The notes: a model not told the origin generated them from the letters alone. 64,000 nt of DNA from Glaucostegus cemiculus (GCA_976551045.1 CDPCPM010000370.1:2914001-2978000), one strand, 5' to 3'; numbered from the stretch's first letter, positions 13,403-26,773 are shown. Numbers and translations: made by a program.

Positions 13403-14010
13403 ACAGATCCATCTCTCTATCTATCTATCTATCTATCTCTCTCTTTCTCTCACTCTGCCCTCTTCCTTTCGTCATTCTCACAACTTGCTGACCCACATCT
13501 CACGGAAACACCCCCAGATTTTACTGAATTTCGCATGACAAATCATTGGTCTATATTAAAGGTAACTGAGACGACACTGCTGAATCCTGTGGCATCAGAC
13601 TTGTTCATCCGAAATCACCCATTCATTCCTATGCTTTGGTTTCCGCCAGTGAGCCAACCTCCCATCAATACCAATAAACTTACACTGAATTTTTATCTTG
13701 TGCAGAGAGCTTTTCCATCTGAGATATTTTCAAAGATATTTTCCATCTGAGTTCTCAAGAGTGAAACATTGTTGGCAGAACGAACGTGGGACATCGAGAT
13801 GTCTCAGATATGCTTTGGAAAATGTGTACCTCCAAGAACGACTTGTATTCAGGAATATTTCCTCAATCTTAGGCGAGTTTTGTTACTGAGTGCGCTCCGC
13901 ACGTGTGGGGAATGGTTGCGAGTGCGCCCCTCGACGATTTCCAGCAGAAGTCATCCTCTAGTGAAAGGGTCGGTTTCTGTCCGGATCCGCCATCCCCCTG
14001 CCATGGCATG

Positions 14011-14380
14011 GACTCCATGGCGCACAGGTACACGGCGGAGTCCCACACCAGAGTCCCGGAGATGTTTCAATGAGGCATCTTCTGATGTCCTTCCATCAAG
14101 CGGACGACCCAGCCGGGCATTCGGGAAACCTGTCCATCTTCCCTGAGCTATTTATTCTCATCGGGTATTTTGGAGATTGTCCAAAATATCTCCATTACCG
14201 TTCTTGTAACTACAGTTCAGTATTCTGGTCCGTCCTTCCTTACCCGTTAATACAGGCCCTTCACTACATCGTTCCCACTCGTTCGTGCAATAAAGGACAG
14301 CAAGTATGAACAGCCTGACTTGCATTCGGCCCACGGGCAAACGCTGGGCATCTTCGCAGAGACTCGCGGGTCAGCACGGC
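14011..14380 (-). pseudogene. V pseudogene, subtype C'
   Basis: Degenerate V with deletions and a mutated heptamer. Confidence 0.68.
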
Positions 14381-15122
14381 CTTGTTTGTCACTCCGAATT
14401 CTGTTCTCTTTACCCAACAGAACCGAGCCTATCAGGGCACCAATCAGAATCCCCTTTGGTTCAATTAATTGCCACTTAGCCCACTCAATCTTTCTCTCTC
14501 TCTCGCTCGCTCTCTCACTCTCTATCCCCCCTCACCCTCTTCCTTCTCTTTTCCCCCTCTCCTTTCCCTCCATTGAATACCCCGGCATCCAACATGCACC
14601 GTCAAAATGAAAATGGCAGTCAAAATAAATCACTCATTTATTCCCCAACCTGCGTTTTCCAATAGTGAGTCAATCTTCTACCAGTGCCAATAAAGACCAT
14701 CTGAAATATTTACCTGCGCAGTAACGTATAGAGCGATACTTCGTCAAACGTTTGCTGGAAATGTAAAGACTCGTTTCTCCAGGTTCCCCTGGATCCTCGA
14801 AGGTATAGCTCAAGGAAATCCAACGGAGTGGTCAAAGGTGAATTCCGTCAAAGTTGTCAACAGGGAAAAGGGACATCGAGGTGTACCGGCAATGCTTTTC
14901 CACGTTCCTACTTATACACAGAGAAATGGGATTAAGAATGATTCCTCAGCTTGGGCGACTCTGTGTTTAAGAGTCGCCACATAAAATGGAGCACATGACC
15001 CTCGCTGATTTGTGTGTGCGTCCCTTATGAGTTCCCCGGCAAGCCCGCCCTCTAGTGAGCGCTTCCTGCAATAATCAGGGCCCGGTTATTGTCCGGGTCC
15101 GCCATCTCCCTGCAACAGTGTG

Positions 15123-15556
15123 AGCTTCATGCCACAGAGGTACACGGCGGAGTCCGATACACAAACTTCAGAGATATTCAAATGAGGCATCTTGATTCCT
15201 TTCCGCAGAGCAGCGCTGAACCTCACCGGGCAATCTGGAGACCGTTCCATCTTTCCTGTGCTAAAGAGCTTCAGCAAGTAATGTGGACCTCCCCCTCGTT
15301 GCTGTATGTACCAGAAAGTAGATGGACTGGATGCAGAGTAACTGCATTTCACTATTATTGTCTGTTCTTCCTCTACCGTTATTTCAAGAGGGCCTTGGGT
15401 CATTGAATCTTTCCCACTCGTTCCTGCAATAAAGGACAGAATGTATGAACAGCCCGGCCTTTCATCCAACCTACTGGAGACTCACACCGACCGTTTTTGT
15501 GGACACTCACCGGGCAGCACCGCCAACATAATCAGTAAGGAACAGAGGGAACACAT
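15123..15556 (-). CDS. TRAV: TCR V segment, subtype A, open
   Basis: Leader 15556-15511, exon 2 from 15423 ...DSAVYLCGMK; RSS CACACTG-23-ACAATAACC (15122-15084); CTCF-like motif 15045-15058. Confidence 0.82.
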
Positions 15557-15661
15557 GGTGCCTGGCTTCCGGCTCGGTCAAACCTTCCAAGAATTTAATA
15601 CCACTTCACCGATGTTGGAGAATGAGATCAGATCAACGGTACCTTAATTTTCTTTGTGACC

Positions 15662-15723
15662 GGGGGCGTTGCCCAGCTAAAGGATTGGTGGATAAATCAG
15701 ACATGGGCACCAATCAGAATGGG
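15662..15723 (-). promoter_or_regulatory. V promoter, A-type example: GGGGCGTTGCC element and two opposed CCAAT boxes
   Basis: ATTGG 15684-15688 and CCAAT 15710-15714, ~105-160 bp upstream of the ATG; repeated before most A genes. Confidence 0.6.
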
Positions 15724-16523
15724 TTTTGGTTTAGATTGTCTCTCTGTCTCTTTATATTCCGTCCTCTTTAACACTCACACACTGAAATCTCTCTCTCTCA
15801 CATCGCTTCTCAAACACACAAATCTCTCTCTTTCACACACATACCCATATCACTCTCTCACAAACACACACTTATCTCTCTCACACACAAAAGCACACAC
15901 GCAAGCACATGCACACACACTTATCTCCCTCTCTGCCCTTTTCACAACTTGATAGCCCACGTCTCACGGTATCACCCGCATATTCTCTTGCATTCTGCAT
16001 GGCCAACATCCTATTGAATCCTACTTGCTCATCCAAAGATCGCCCATTCATTCCAATCCTTTGTTTTCCACCAGAGAGCCTATCTCACAGCCATGCCAGT
16101 GAACGTCCACTGAATTTTTATCCTGTACAGAAACCTTTGGGATGACAACCTATCGAATGCTGCCCAAAGTGTAAACACGATGTATCTCCAATTACCCCCA
16201 GAACCTCACTGTTATCTCCTCGGGGAATGCTAGCAAGTTCTTCAAAGATGTTCTCCATTTAAGTTCTCAACAGTGAAATGTTATTGGAGACAGAATAAAA
16301 AGGAGAGGTTGCGATATTCCTGAATTGATTGGAAAATGTGTACTCCACGAAGGAGTTCTATTCAGGAAATGTTCCACGATTTTGTGCGAGTTGCTTAATG
16401 TGTGCGATCCCCTTATGAACAGAGGGGTTTGTGTGTGCGCCCCTCCGTGTTTCCCAGCAAAAGGCGCCCTCTGGTGAAAGGTTTGGTTTCTGACCGGATC
16501 GGCCATCTCCCTGCAACAACGTT

Positions 16524-16818
16524 GGGCTCCGTGGCACAGAGGTGCACGGCGGAGTCACACACAAGATATGTTTCAACGAGGCATAGTTTTGACGCTAGAC
16601 CAAGCAACTGAAAAACCCAGGTGGGCATTCGGGAGAACCGTCCATCTTCCCTGAGCTATTTATTCTCATCAAGTATCCTGCAGATTTGCCGCGATGCCTT
16701 ACGTAGCAAACAATATACCCACTGCCGCTCGTGTCACTGCCGTTCCGTATTATGGTCTGTTCTTCCTTATCCGTTAATACAGGAGACTCCTGGGTCAGGA
16801 CCTCGTTTACAGCAGAAT
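16524..16818 (-). pseudogene. Leaderless V pseudogene, subtype C
   Basis: TQESPVL..IVCYVRH..PECPPG, frameshifts. Confidence 0.72.
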
Positions 16819-17531
16819 CTGCAATAAAGGACAGGATGTATAACCAGCCCGGACATGCGTTCATCCCACACTGGGAAAGTAATGGCTCTGGACTTGTGCC
16901 GTAGTTTCTAAACTTCTCGGTGGCTGCTCCGTTCCCTGGGGCTAGAGCGCCCTATGGCGACCTCACTCTGCAACTTTCAGAACGGCCAACATCTCCCAGC
17001 GACAGGTTGAGGCCCATGTTGGTAGTGGTGGCCAAGAGAGAGAGGAGATGGGCATTGGTGAGCAGGCGTCCGAGGTGATTGGTGGACTGAGGTGGGTGGA
17101 CAGAGGAAGGGCGAAATATGTCAGGTAGACAAAAGCCACTCTCCCTGCATCTGTCTCTTTTCAGCCAGTCTTTTGCACTAACCTTTAGTGTGTTACGTTT
17201 TCAAATGATTTTTTGAAATGTAGAGACACGGTATCTCCGGGTTCCCTTTGTGCTTCAATATGATATCCTAAAGGAACCCCAAAAACAGGGAAAGATGTGA
17301 TAGATGTGCCCCAGTCAAGCATTACCAAGTGCTTATTGTTTCCTCTCGGTATTGTGTCCATCAACAGTTCGTCAAGCTTTGGCGAAATTGTTGCCGAGTG
17401 TCGACCTCTTAAGGAGTACATGGCACTGATTGGTGCGTGCGTCCCTTGAGCTTTCCTCGCTCAACGCGCACTCTGTGAGAGACCGTTGCGCCGAATGTTG
17501 CAAGGATCCGTCAGCTCCTTGAAAAATTGTG

Positions 17532-17911
17532 CTGTCCATGCCACAGAGTTGCACAGCCGATTCCGACACAAGAACTCAGCAGATATGCTGCCTCCTCTCT
17601 TGCTGTCGTTATGCAAAGCAGCGCAAAGCTCCACTGCACGTTCTAGAGTCCGTTTCATCCTTCCTGGATTCTCGGGTATTTGTGGAGATTCTTCACGATG
17701 TTGAGTTTCTCAAACATGATATACAATGTCTATTGAGCAACTACAGTTCAGTCCCATGATCTGTCCTTCCTCAACCGTTAATGCAGGTGCGCACTGCAAT
17801 AAACAACAGAATGTATGAACTCCCCGGGCATCAACTGAAACCACTGGACGCACATTGGCCGCATTTTCAGAGACACCCGGCAACATGTCCAATATAATTA
17901 ATAAGGAACAG
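17532..17911 (-). pseudogene. V pseudogene, subtype D
   Basis: D-type FR3, disrupted leader, stops. Confidence 0.68.
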
Positions 17912-18741
17912 AGTCCTTCTGGTGTCTGGCTTCAGGACTGGTCGAAAGCCAGAGTGCTTTCAATTGGTTAATGCATCTTGACGGCTATTGGAGACTGAGA
18001 TCACATCAGTGGCACCTTTCTTTATGTAAGCCTGCGGGCGTTGTCCTGCCATAGGAATGGCTGGTAAATCAGAACTGGCCCTATTGGTGCACCGGTAGAG
18101 TGGCATCTGGTGTAATTCATCTCACTGCCTCGTTATATTCCCTTCATATTCCGTTCTCTCCCTCTCCCACAGTAACTCGCACATGACCCTTTCTCTCCCT
18201 CTCTTTCCATCTGTCTCTCAATTTCCGCCTGCTTCTCGCTTCCTGCCTCTCACTCTCTCATCTCTCCTTCTCCCCCTATACCTCTCTGTCTGCCTTCAAT
18301 CTCTCTTCTTCCCATTGAAGTGGCCTCTATTCTGCCCTCATAAAGATTGGTTAACATTTCTACAGTAATTGCATCTCTCGTTTTCCCATCACCCTCGCTG
18401 CTACATGTTCAAGGAACTCTATCAAACTGGTGAAAGAAGATTTACAGCAATGTTGATAACGACACATCATTTTGTAGGCAACACTGGGAAAAGGTCATCG
18501 ACATGTCCTGGAAATAGGTTGTAAATATACCAGCTGCATGTCCGAGTTGAAGAGAACCATAATTCCACATGCTGCGACGGGTTTTGTTGCTGAATATCAC
18601 CCTCTTAAATACACACCGTCATCACACTGTTTCCTGTGTGAACCTGAAGTGTCCCTGGCTTAAAGCGCCCTCTGGTGAGAGCTCATTGTCACACCCAGAG
18701 CAAGTTTTTGTCCGGACCCGACATCCGCCTGCAACAGTGTG

Positions 18742-19185
18742 GGCTTCGTGGCACAGAGGTACACGGCAGAGTCCGAAACAAGGGCCCCGGAGATATTGAG
18801 ATGAGCTCTCTTGTTGCCTTTCTCTAATTCTGCGGTAAATCTCTTGGGACATTCCGGAGGCCGATTCATCTCTCCTGAGTTATACACCTTCAGCAAGTAG
18901 TTTGGAGATTCCGTGCGATGTTGCATGTACCAAAAAATATCTGCACCAGCTAGGGTGAAACTGCAGTCCAGTATTATGGTCTGACCTTCCTCAGCTGTTA
19001 ATTCTGGAGGCTCCTGCGTCACGGAATCTTGCCCATTCGTTCCTGCAATAAAGTAAAAACTGAATAAATAGCCCGAGCTTACATTGAACCGATGAGACGC
19101 ACACTGGCTGTGTTCTCCGAGACTCACCCGGCAGCACGGCCAATATCATCAGTAAGGAACAGAGGCAACACATTTTGTTTGGCAT
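18742..19185 (-). CDS. TRAV: TCR V segment, subtype B, open
   Basis: Leader MPNKMCCLCSLLMILAVLPG, exon 2 from 19042 ...DSAVYLCATKP; RSS CACACTG-23-ACAAAAACT (18741-18703); CTCF-like motif 18665-18678. Confidence 0.88.
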
Positions 19186-19810
19186 GAGGCTCGGTCGAAA
19201 GGCGGATTACTTTCAAGAAGTTAAAACTACTTGACAGATAGTGGAGAATGAGGTCAGATCAGTGGCACCCTTCATTTTGTGTAAGGCCGGGGGCGGTGCC
19301 CTGCTAAATCATTGGCTGGTAGAAGACTGAAGCTTCAACGGCACCAATCAGAATGGGCTCTGCCCAAGTGACGCTGTCTAGTTGTTTCTCATTCTGATAA
19401 TCTTCATTTCTCAACAGCGACATGTTGTTGGAAACGGATTGAAAATCGTGCATCCAGGTGTCCCAGAAATGCTTTGGAAAATGTGTACCTCCAGGAACGA
19501 GTTGTATTCAGCAAAATTTCCTCAATCTTCGGCGAGCTTAGTTACTAAGTGAGCTCCTGTGGTGTGGGGAATGTTTCGCCTGTGCGCCCCTCCAGCTTTT
19601 GCCACTTTCCTATTCGAAGGCAGAGATCATGAATGATTCCTCAAGGTTGGGCGACTTGGTCTGTGATTGTAGCCCTCTAAAATGGAGGGCTACAATCCCT
19701 CCATTGCACATGACCCTCGCTGATATGTGTCTCCATTCCTTATTATTTCCCCACCAAGTGCGACCTCTAGTGAGTGCTCTTTGCAATACTCAGGGCCCTG
19801 CAACCGTGTG

Positions 19811-20238
19811 GGCTCCATGGCAGAGGTACACGGCGGAGTCCGATACAAGGGCTTCGGAGATATTTAAATGTGTCACCTTGATGGCTTTCTGAAGAGCAGT
19901 GGTAAATCTCGCCTGGCATTCTGAAGAACACTCCATCTTTCCTGTGCTTAAGAGCTTCAGCAAGTATTGTGGACCTCCCCCTTGAGGCCTTATGTACCAA
20001 AAAAAATACGTCGATTGGCTGCTGAGTAACTACACTTCAGTATTATTGTCTTCCCTTCCTTGACCGTTAATTCAAGGTCTGGGTCACTGAATCTTTCCCA
20101 CTCGTTCCTGCAATAAAAGACAGAATGTATGAACAGCCCGGACTTGCATCCAACCCACTGGACACACACCGACCGTTTCCGCCGAGTCTCACCGGGCAGC
20201 ACGGCCAATATAATCAGTAAGGAACAGAGGGAGCACAT
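19811..20238 (-). pseudogene. V pseudogene, subtype A
   Basis: Frameshifts; RSS spacer and nonamer deleted. Confidence 0.78.
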
Positions 20239-20574
20239 GGGGTCTGGCTTCAGGCTCGATCTAATCTTTCCAGAATTTAACACCACTTGACCGTTGTTGG
20301 AGAATGAGATCATCGGCCCCTTCATGTTCTGTGAGACTGGGGGTGTGGCCCTGCTAAAGGATTGGATGACGAATCAGATATGAGCACCAATCAGAATGGG
20401 CTTTGGTTGAGTTCGTCTCTCTGCCTCTTTATATTCCGCCCTCTTCCACAGTCACACACACAGATCACTCCGTCTCTCTCTCTCGCTCTCGCTCTCTCTT
20501 TCACAGACACACACACACACGTACATCTTTCACACACAAACATATCCCTCTCTCAGACACACCCACATCTCATT

Positions 20575-20608
<34 letters not shown>

Positions 20609-21253
20609 TCTCCCTCTCCCTCCTTCTCTCTCGGCCCTCTGCCCTTCTCACAACTTGCTCACCAACATCTTACGGTATCACCCGTAAATTCTATTACATT
20701 CCGCCTATCAAATCAGCGGTGTACGTTATGGTAACTGAGACAACACCGTTGAATCTTACCTTCCGCTTGTCAACCCGCAAATAACCCATTCCTTCCTGGT
20801 CTTTGTTTTCTGCTTGTGCGCCAATCACCAATCCATGCCAATAAACTTCCACTGAGTTTTTATCTTGTACAGAGACCTTTGGGGTGACAGGTGCTTCCCA
20901 GAAATGCAAACACGCTGTTTCTCCAATTTGCAGCTGATTATTTCTGTTGTATCCTCAGGGAGCGCTAACAATGTGTTGTAAGTTATTTTCCCCATCAATA
21001 TTCTCAACAGCGAGCGATATGTTGGAGATAGAATGAAAAGCGAACATTGAGGTGTCCATAAAACCTTTGGAAAATGTGTACCTCCAGGAACGAGTTGTAT
21101 TTAGGAAACTTTCCTCATTCTTGGGCATTGAGTCTGGTCCTCTTCTTCGGGTCCTGGTTTGCGTGTGCGGCCCTCAAGGTTTCCCGACAAAAATCGCCCT
21201 CTACTGAAAGTGTCGGTTTCTGTCCGGATCCGCCATCTCCCTGCCACAGTGTG

Positions 21254-21538
21254 GTCCGCATTTCAAGGAGGTACACAGCGGAGCCCAACACCATCGCCCA
21301 GGAAGTCTTTCAATGAGGTCCTGTCAAGCAGCGGACAACCCAGCTGGGCATTCTGGAGAACTGTCCATCTTCCCTGAGTTGTTTATTCTCATCACGCATG
21401 TTGGAGATTGTCAGCGATTCTGAGTGTAGCAAAAAAATGTCTCCACTGCCGCCCGTGTCACTGCTGTTCAGTATTATGGTCTGTCCTTCTTTATCCGTCA
21501 ATACCGAAGACTGCTGTGTCCCTGATTCATTGCCGACC
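21254..21538 (-). pseudogene. Leaderless V pseudogene, subtype C, with intact 23-RSS
   Basis: Frameshifted V; RSS CACACTG-23-ACAGAAACC (21253-21215). Confidence 0.72.
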
Positions 21539-21861
21539 CTGCAATAAAGGACAAAATGTACAAACATCCCGGACTTGAGTTCATCCCACACTGGGAAAGT
21601 AATGCCTCTGGACTCCGGCACTCGTGCAGTGGTTTCTGAAATTCTGGGTGGCTGCTCCGTTCCCCGGGGCGCCCTCTGGCGGGCACAATCTGCAACTCTC
21701 AGAATGGCCATTATTTCCCAGCGACAAGTTGGGTCCAATGCAGGTGATGGCCAGGAGAGAAAGGAGATGGGCATTGGTGAGACAGGCGTCCGAGGTGATT
21801 GGTGGACTGAGGTGGGTGGACTGAAGAAGGGTAGAAGGGTGAAATACCTCAAGTAGATTAA

Positions 21862-21902
<41 letters not shown>

Positions 21903-22290
21903 GTCTCTCTTTTTTGTCAGTCTTGTGCATTAACCTTTAATGTGTTATGTTTTCGACTGATTCCTCGAAATGCAGAGACACGGCATCTCCAGGTTCGCAA
22001 TGATCGTCAATATTACATCCTCAAGGAACTGGAACAACTTCCAACGGGGTGATCGAGTTGCCCTGGCTATGCATTGCTAAGTGCTTCCTGCTTTCTGCAA
22101 GTACTGTGTTCAACAACAGTTCGTTAAGCTTAGGTGACTTTTATTGCTGAGTGTCGACCTCTTAAATAAAGCAGGTGACCCTCCTGATTGGCGTGTGAGT
22201 CCCTTGCAGTTGCCCTGCTCGAGGCGCCCTCTGGTGCGCGCTCGTTGCTCTGAATATTGCAAGGATCCGTCAGCTCCCTGCAACAGCATG

Positions 22291-22640
22291 GTGTCCATGA
22301 CACAGCGATGGACGGCAGAGTCCGACACAAGAACCCGGGAGATATACTGCCTCCCCTCTTGCTGCCGTTATGCAAAGCGGCGCTAAACTCCACTACACAT
22401 TGTGGAGTCTTTTCCATCATTCCTGACTTATCAGGTATTTTGGAGATTCCTCACGAAGCTGAATTTATCAACAATTATGTGCACTGCCTTTTGAGTGACG
22501 ACACTTCAGTTTTATTGTCTGTCCATCTTTAACTGCTAGTACAGCAGCGTCCTTCAATAAATAACAGGATGTGTGAACTGTCCAGGCTGACATTCAACCC
22601 ACGAGACACACAGTGGTCGTTCTCCCAGAGACTCACAGCA
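22291..22640 (-). pseudogene. V pseudogene, subtype D
   Basis: QCVVEFSAALHNGSKRGG; leader truncated; CTCF-like motif at ~22223. Confidence 0.68.
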
Positions 22641-23180
22641 CATTGCCATCAATAACCCTTTCTCTCCTTCTCTCTTTCCATTCGCCTCTCCCTTTCCCTC
22701 TGATTCACACCTTCTACCCCCACCTCTCGCTCTTTCTCTCTATCTCTGCCCTTCAAACTCTCTATTCTTCCATTTGAAGTAACCTCAACTGTAACCTCCT
22801 ATCGAATGATTTTCATCACTACAGTATCTCTAGATTTCCCTTCACCCTCACTGCTACATGTTCAAGAAACTCTAACCAAGTAGTGGAAGACCATTTCAAG
22901 CAACGCTGACAACGGAGCAATGGTTGCAAAAGGACTTCGATATGTCCCGAACGTCAGTTGTAAAGTTCCCAGGTGCAGGAACGAGTTGAAGAGAAGCATA
23001 ATTCCACATGCTGCGACGGGTTTTGTGGCTGAATATCACCCTCTTAAATACACACCGTGATCATCACTGTTGCCTGGGTGCACCTTAAGTATCGCTGAGT
23101 AAAGCGCCCTCTGCTGCGCGCTCAATGTCACACCCAGAGCAAGTTTTTGTCCGGACCCGCCATCTGCCTGCAACGGTGTG

Positions 23181-23624
23181 GGCATCGCGGCACAAAGGTA
23201 CACGGCGGAGTCCGAAACAAGAGCCCAGGAGATATTGAAATGAGCTCTCTTGCTGCCTTTCTCGATATCCGCGGTAAACCTCTTGGGACATTCTGGAGAC
23301 GGTTTCATCTTTCCTGAGTTAAACACCCTCAGCAAGTATTTTGGAGATCCCGTGCCATGTTGAATGTACCAAAGGATATCTGCACCAGCTAGGGTGAAAC
23401 TACAGTCCAGTATTATGCTCTGTCCTTCCTGAACCGATAATTCTGGAGGCTCCTGCGTCACGGAATCTTGCCCATTCGTTCCTGCAATAAATGACAAACT
23501 GAATAAATAGCCCGAGCTTACATTGGACCGATGAGACGCAAACTGGCTGTGTTGTCAGAGACTCACCGGGCAGCACGGCCAATATAATCAGTAAGGAAGA
23601 GAGGCAGCGCATGGTGACTGGCAT
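23181..23624 (-). CDS. TRAV: TCR V segment, subtype B, open
   Basis: Leader MPVTMRCLSSLLIILAVLPG, exon 2 from 23481 ...DSAVYLCAAMP; RSS CACACCG-23-ACAAAAACT (23180-23142); CTCF-like motif 23104-23117. Confidence 0.85.
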
Positions 23625-23969
23625 CAGTCTCGGTCGTAAGACGGATTACTTTCAAGAAATTAAAACGACTTGACAGATAGTGGAAAATGAGGTCAGATCA
23701 GTGGCACTCTTCATTTTGTGAAAGGCTGGGGGCGTGGCCCTGCTAAATGATTGGCTGGTAGATGACTGAAGCTACCACGGCACCAATCAGAATGGGCTCT
23801 GCCCAAGTGATGCTCTCTGGTTGAATTTCTTTCTGATAAAATTCAGTGCACTCTTTCTCTTTCTCTCTCACTAGCTCTCTCTCTCTTTCCGTTCACACTC
23901 TCAATGTTTTTTCTCTCTCTTCCCTCCTCTCTCCTCTGCGCCTTTCTCTTTTTCTCTTCTCTCCTTGTC

Positions 23970-24377
23970 TGTCACAATGTTGATTGAAGAGCAAGCATAC
24001 AGAGAACCCAAATGCAGCACACTGGTACAGGACTGGAGTCAGGTTACTTCCTCAGGATCGGACACAGGCAACACTGGAAGGAATCTTGCCTCGGAGATCT
24101 GAGTAGTAATCAAAACACAAACTGAATCTTCAAGCAGGACTGGAGGACGCAGGATTGCTCTAGAGTAGACCACTCTATAGCAGCTAGGAGCCAAAGAAAA
24201 CCCGAAGGTTGACCGATACTCTAGCAACTAGTGCTACAGAAACCCAGGTACTTATGCTAGGCCCTTGATGGGGCTCAGGTGTGTGTCATTGTGCATTCAG
24301 TCCAGCATGGAATCCATGTGCTGTACAACGAGGCATCCAAGAAACCAAATCAAGGGCCAGTACTCAGAATCATGTCA
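23970..24377. mobile_element. Solo LTR (~408 bp), inverted relative to the copy at 29785
   Basis: TGTCA...TGTCA/TGACA-type ends, imperfect 5-bp TSD TTGTC/TTGTA; absent from paralogous cassettes (e.g. ~40630). Confidence 0.75.
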
Positions 24378-24759
24378 TTGTATCTCTCTACGATATTCTT
24401 TTTCTCGGCAGTCATCAGAATGGTCTTCGTTTAAATTCTGTTTTCCTTTCCTTTATATTTCCCTCTCTCGCGCGATCTCCCTTATCCTCTAATCTGCCTC
24501 TTTATCTCTCTTTCCTCCTTGCATTATCATTTTCTCTGGATATCTCCATCCATCCATTCATTTGGCGATCTAGCCAGCACCTGTCACAAATTGCTGGCTG
24601 ATGCTGTGTCCCCAGCTTAAGAGTACCATATGACGCTCGGTGTTCCCTGACTGTGGGTCTCTCGCTGTTTGTCCTGCTCAGCGCCCCCACTTATAAGCGC
24701 TTATTGCAACAACCAGGTTCATGTTTTTGACCAGAATCGAGATCTTGCTTCAACTGTGT

Positions 24760-24800
24760 GCGATCCATTTCACAGAGCTACAAGGCAGAGACTGAGGCAG
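24760..24800 (-). pseudogene. Small subtype E V remnant (3' end only)
   Basis: Matches the E-type 3' end and RSS remnant, then jumps into C'-A spacer sequence. Confidence 0.5.
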
Positions 24801-25300
24801 AAGTCATATATTCCCCATTCTTTATTTTCCAATGTGTCGAGTATCTTCTATCGACGCCAATGGACTGCATCTGAAATATTGACCTCTGCTGTACCCTTGA
24901 CTGTGACACCTCTTCTAATATTTGCTGGAATTGTAAAGGCCCTGTGTCTCCAGGGTCTCCCTGGATCCACAGTGTTACACATTAAGGAAATCCAAAAGAG
25001 TGGACAAAGACGAATAGCGCCAACATTCTCGGCGGGAAGAAACGTCATCGAGGAGTCCAGGCCATGTTTTGCCAAGTTCCTACTTGTACGTAGAGGTCCG
25101 AAGTAATTTGTAAAATGATTCTCCCAGCTTGGGCGACGTTCTGGTTGCGTATGGCACTCCCAAGTAGAGCAAGTCACCCTCGCTGATTTGTGTGTGCGTC
25201 CCTTGCGATTTCCCCGTTAAGCGCGCCCTCTAGTGAGCGTTCCTTGCAATATCCCGGGCCCGGTTTTTGTCAGGGACCGCCATCTCCCTGCAACAATGTG

Positions 25301-25732
25301 GGCTCCACGGCGCAGAGGTACACGGCGGAGTCCGATACAAGAGCTTCGGATATATTTAAATGAGCCATCTTCATGTCTTTCTGCCAAGCAGCGGTAAACC
25401 TCACTGGGCATCCTGGAGCCCGTTCCGTCTTTTCTGCACTTAAGAGCTTTAGCAGGTATTGTGGAGCTCCACCTCGATGCTGCACGTACCAAAAAATAAA
25501 TCGAATGGCTGTTGAGTAACTACAGTTCAGTATTATGGACTGCCCTTCCTCGGCCATTAATTCAGGAGGGTCTTGGGTCACTGAATCTTTCCCACTCGTT
25601 CCTACAATAAAAGAAAATGTATGAACAGCGCTGGCTTGCATCCAACCCACGGGACAAACACATCGGCCGTTTTCGCAGAGACTCACCGGGCAGCGCGGCC
25701 AATATAATCAGTAAGCAGCAGAGAGAACACAT
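25301..25732 (-). CDS. TRAV: TCR V segment, subtype A, open
   Basis: Leader ATG 25732, TAG acceptor, exon 2 from 25601 ...DSAVYLCAVEP; RSS CACATTG-23-ACAAAAACC (25300-25262); CTCF-like motif 25223-25236. Confidence 0.86.
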
Positions 25733-26773
25733 GGTGTCTGGCTTCAGGCTCGATCCAATCCTTCAAGAATTTAACTCAAATTGACCGAGTTGGAGAATCA
25801 GATCAGCGGCCCCTTCGCTTTGTGTGAGACTTGGGCGTTGCCCCACTGAAGGATTGGCTGGTGAATCAGAAATGAGCACCAATCAGAATGGGCTTTGGAT
25901 ATCATTGTCTCTCTGTCTCTTTATATTAAGTGCTCTTTGACACGCACACACATATCTCTCTCACACGCACACACATATCTCTCTCTCTCAAACACACAAA
26001 CTCCTCACACACACACATAAACACATCTCTCTCTTTCGCACACAAATACGCATCAATCCCTCTCGCACACACATGCACACACACAAGCACATACATACAC
26101 CCACACGCTCATCTCCCTCTCTCACTGCCCACAGCCTTTCACCCTTCTCACACCTTGCTAACCCACATCTCACGGTATCACCAGCAAATTCTACAGCATT
26201 CCTCCTGGCAAATCTTCGGTCTACATTAAAGGTAACTGCCACAACACCATGGAATCCTGTGGAATCCTACTTGGTCGTCCAAAGTTCACCCATTCATTCC
26301 TATGCTTTGTTTTCCACTAGAGATCCAAGCTGAGATCCATGCCAATGAACGTCCACTGAATTTTCATCTTGTACAGAGACCTTGGGGATGACACCTTATC
26401 GAATGCTGCCTGGAAATGTAAGCACGCTGTATCTCCCAATTTCCCCTGAACCTCATTGTTATCTCTTCAGAGAATACTAGAACATTCTTCAAAGATGTTT
26501 TCCTTTGTAGTTCTCAACAGTGAAATGTTACTGAGGGGTGAATGAGAAGGGGATGTCGCGATGTCCCTGAAATGCTTTGGAAAATGTGTACTTCCAGGAA
26601 GGTGTTGTATTCAGCAAAGGTTCCACAATTTTGAGCGAGTTGTTTAATGAGTGCGATCCCCTTATGTGGGGAGAGGTTTGCGTTTGCTCCCCTCTGGGTT
26701 TCCCGGGAAAAGGCGCCCTCGAGTGATAGGGTCGTATTCTGTCAGGATCCGGCATCTCTCTGCAAAAGTGTTG

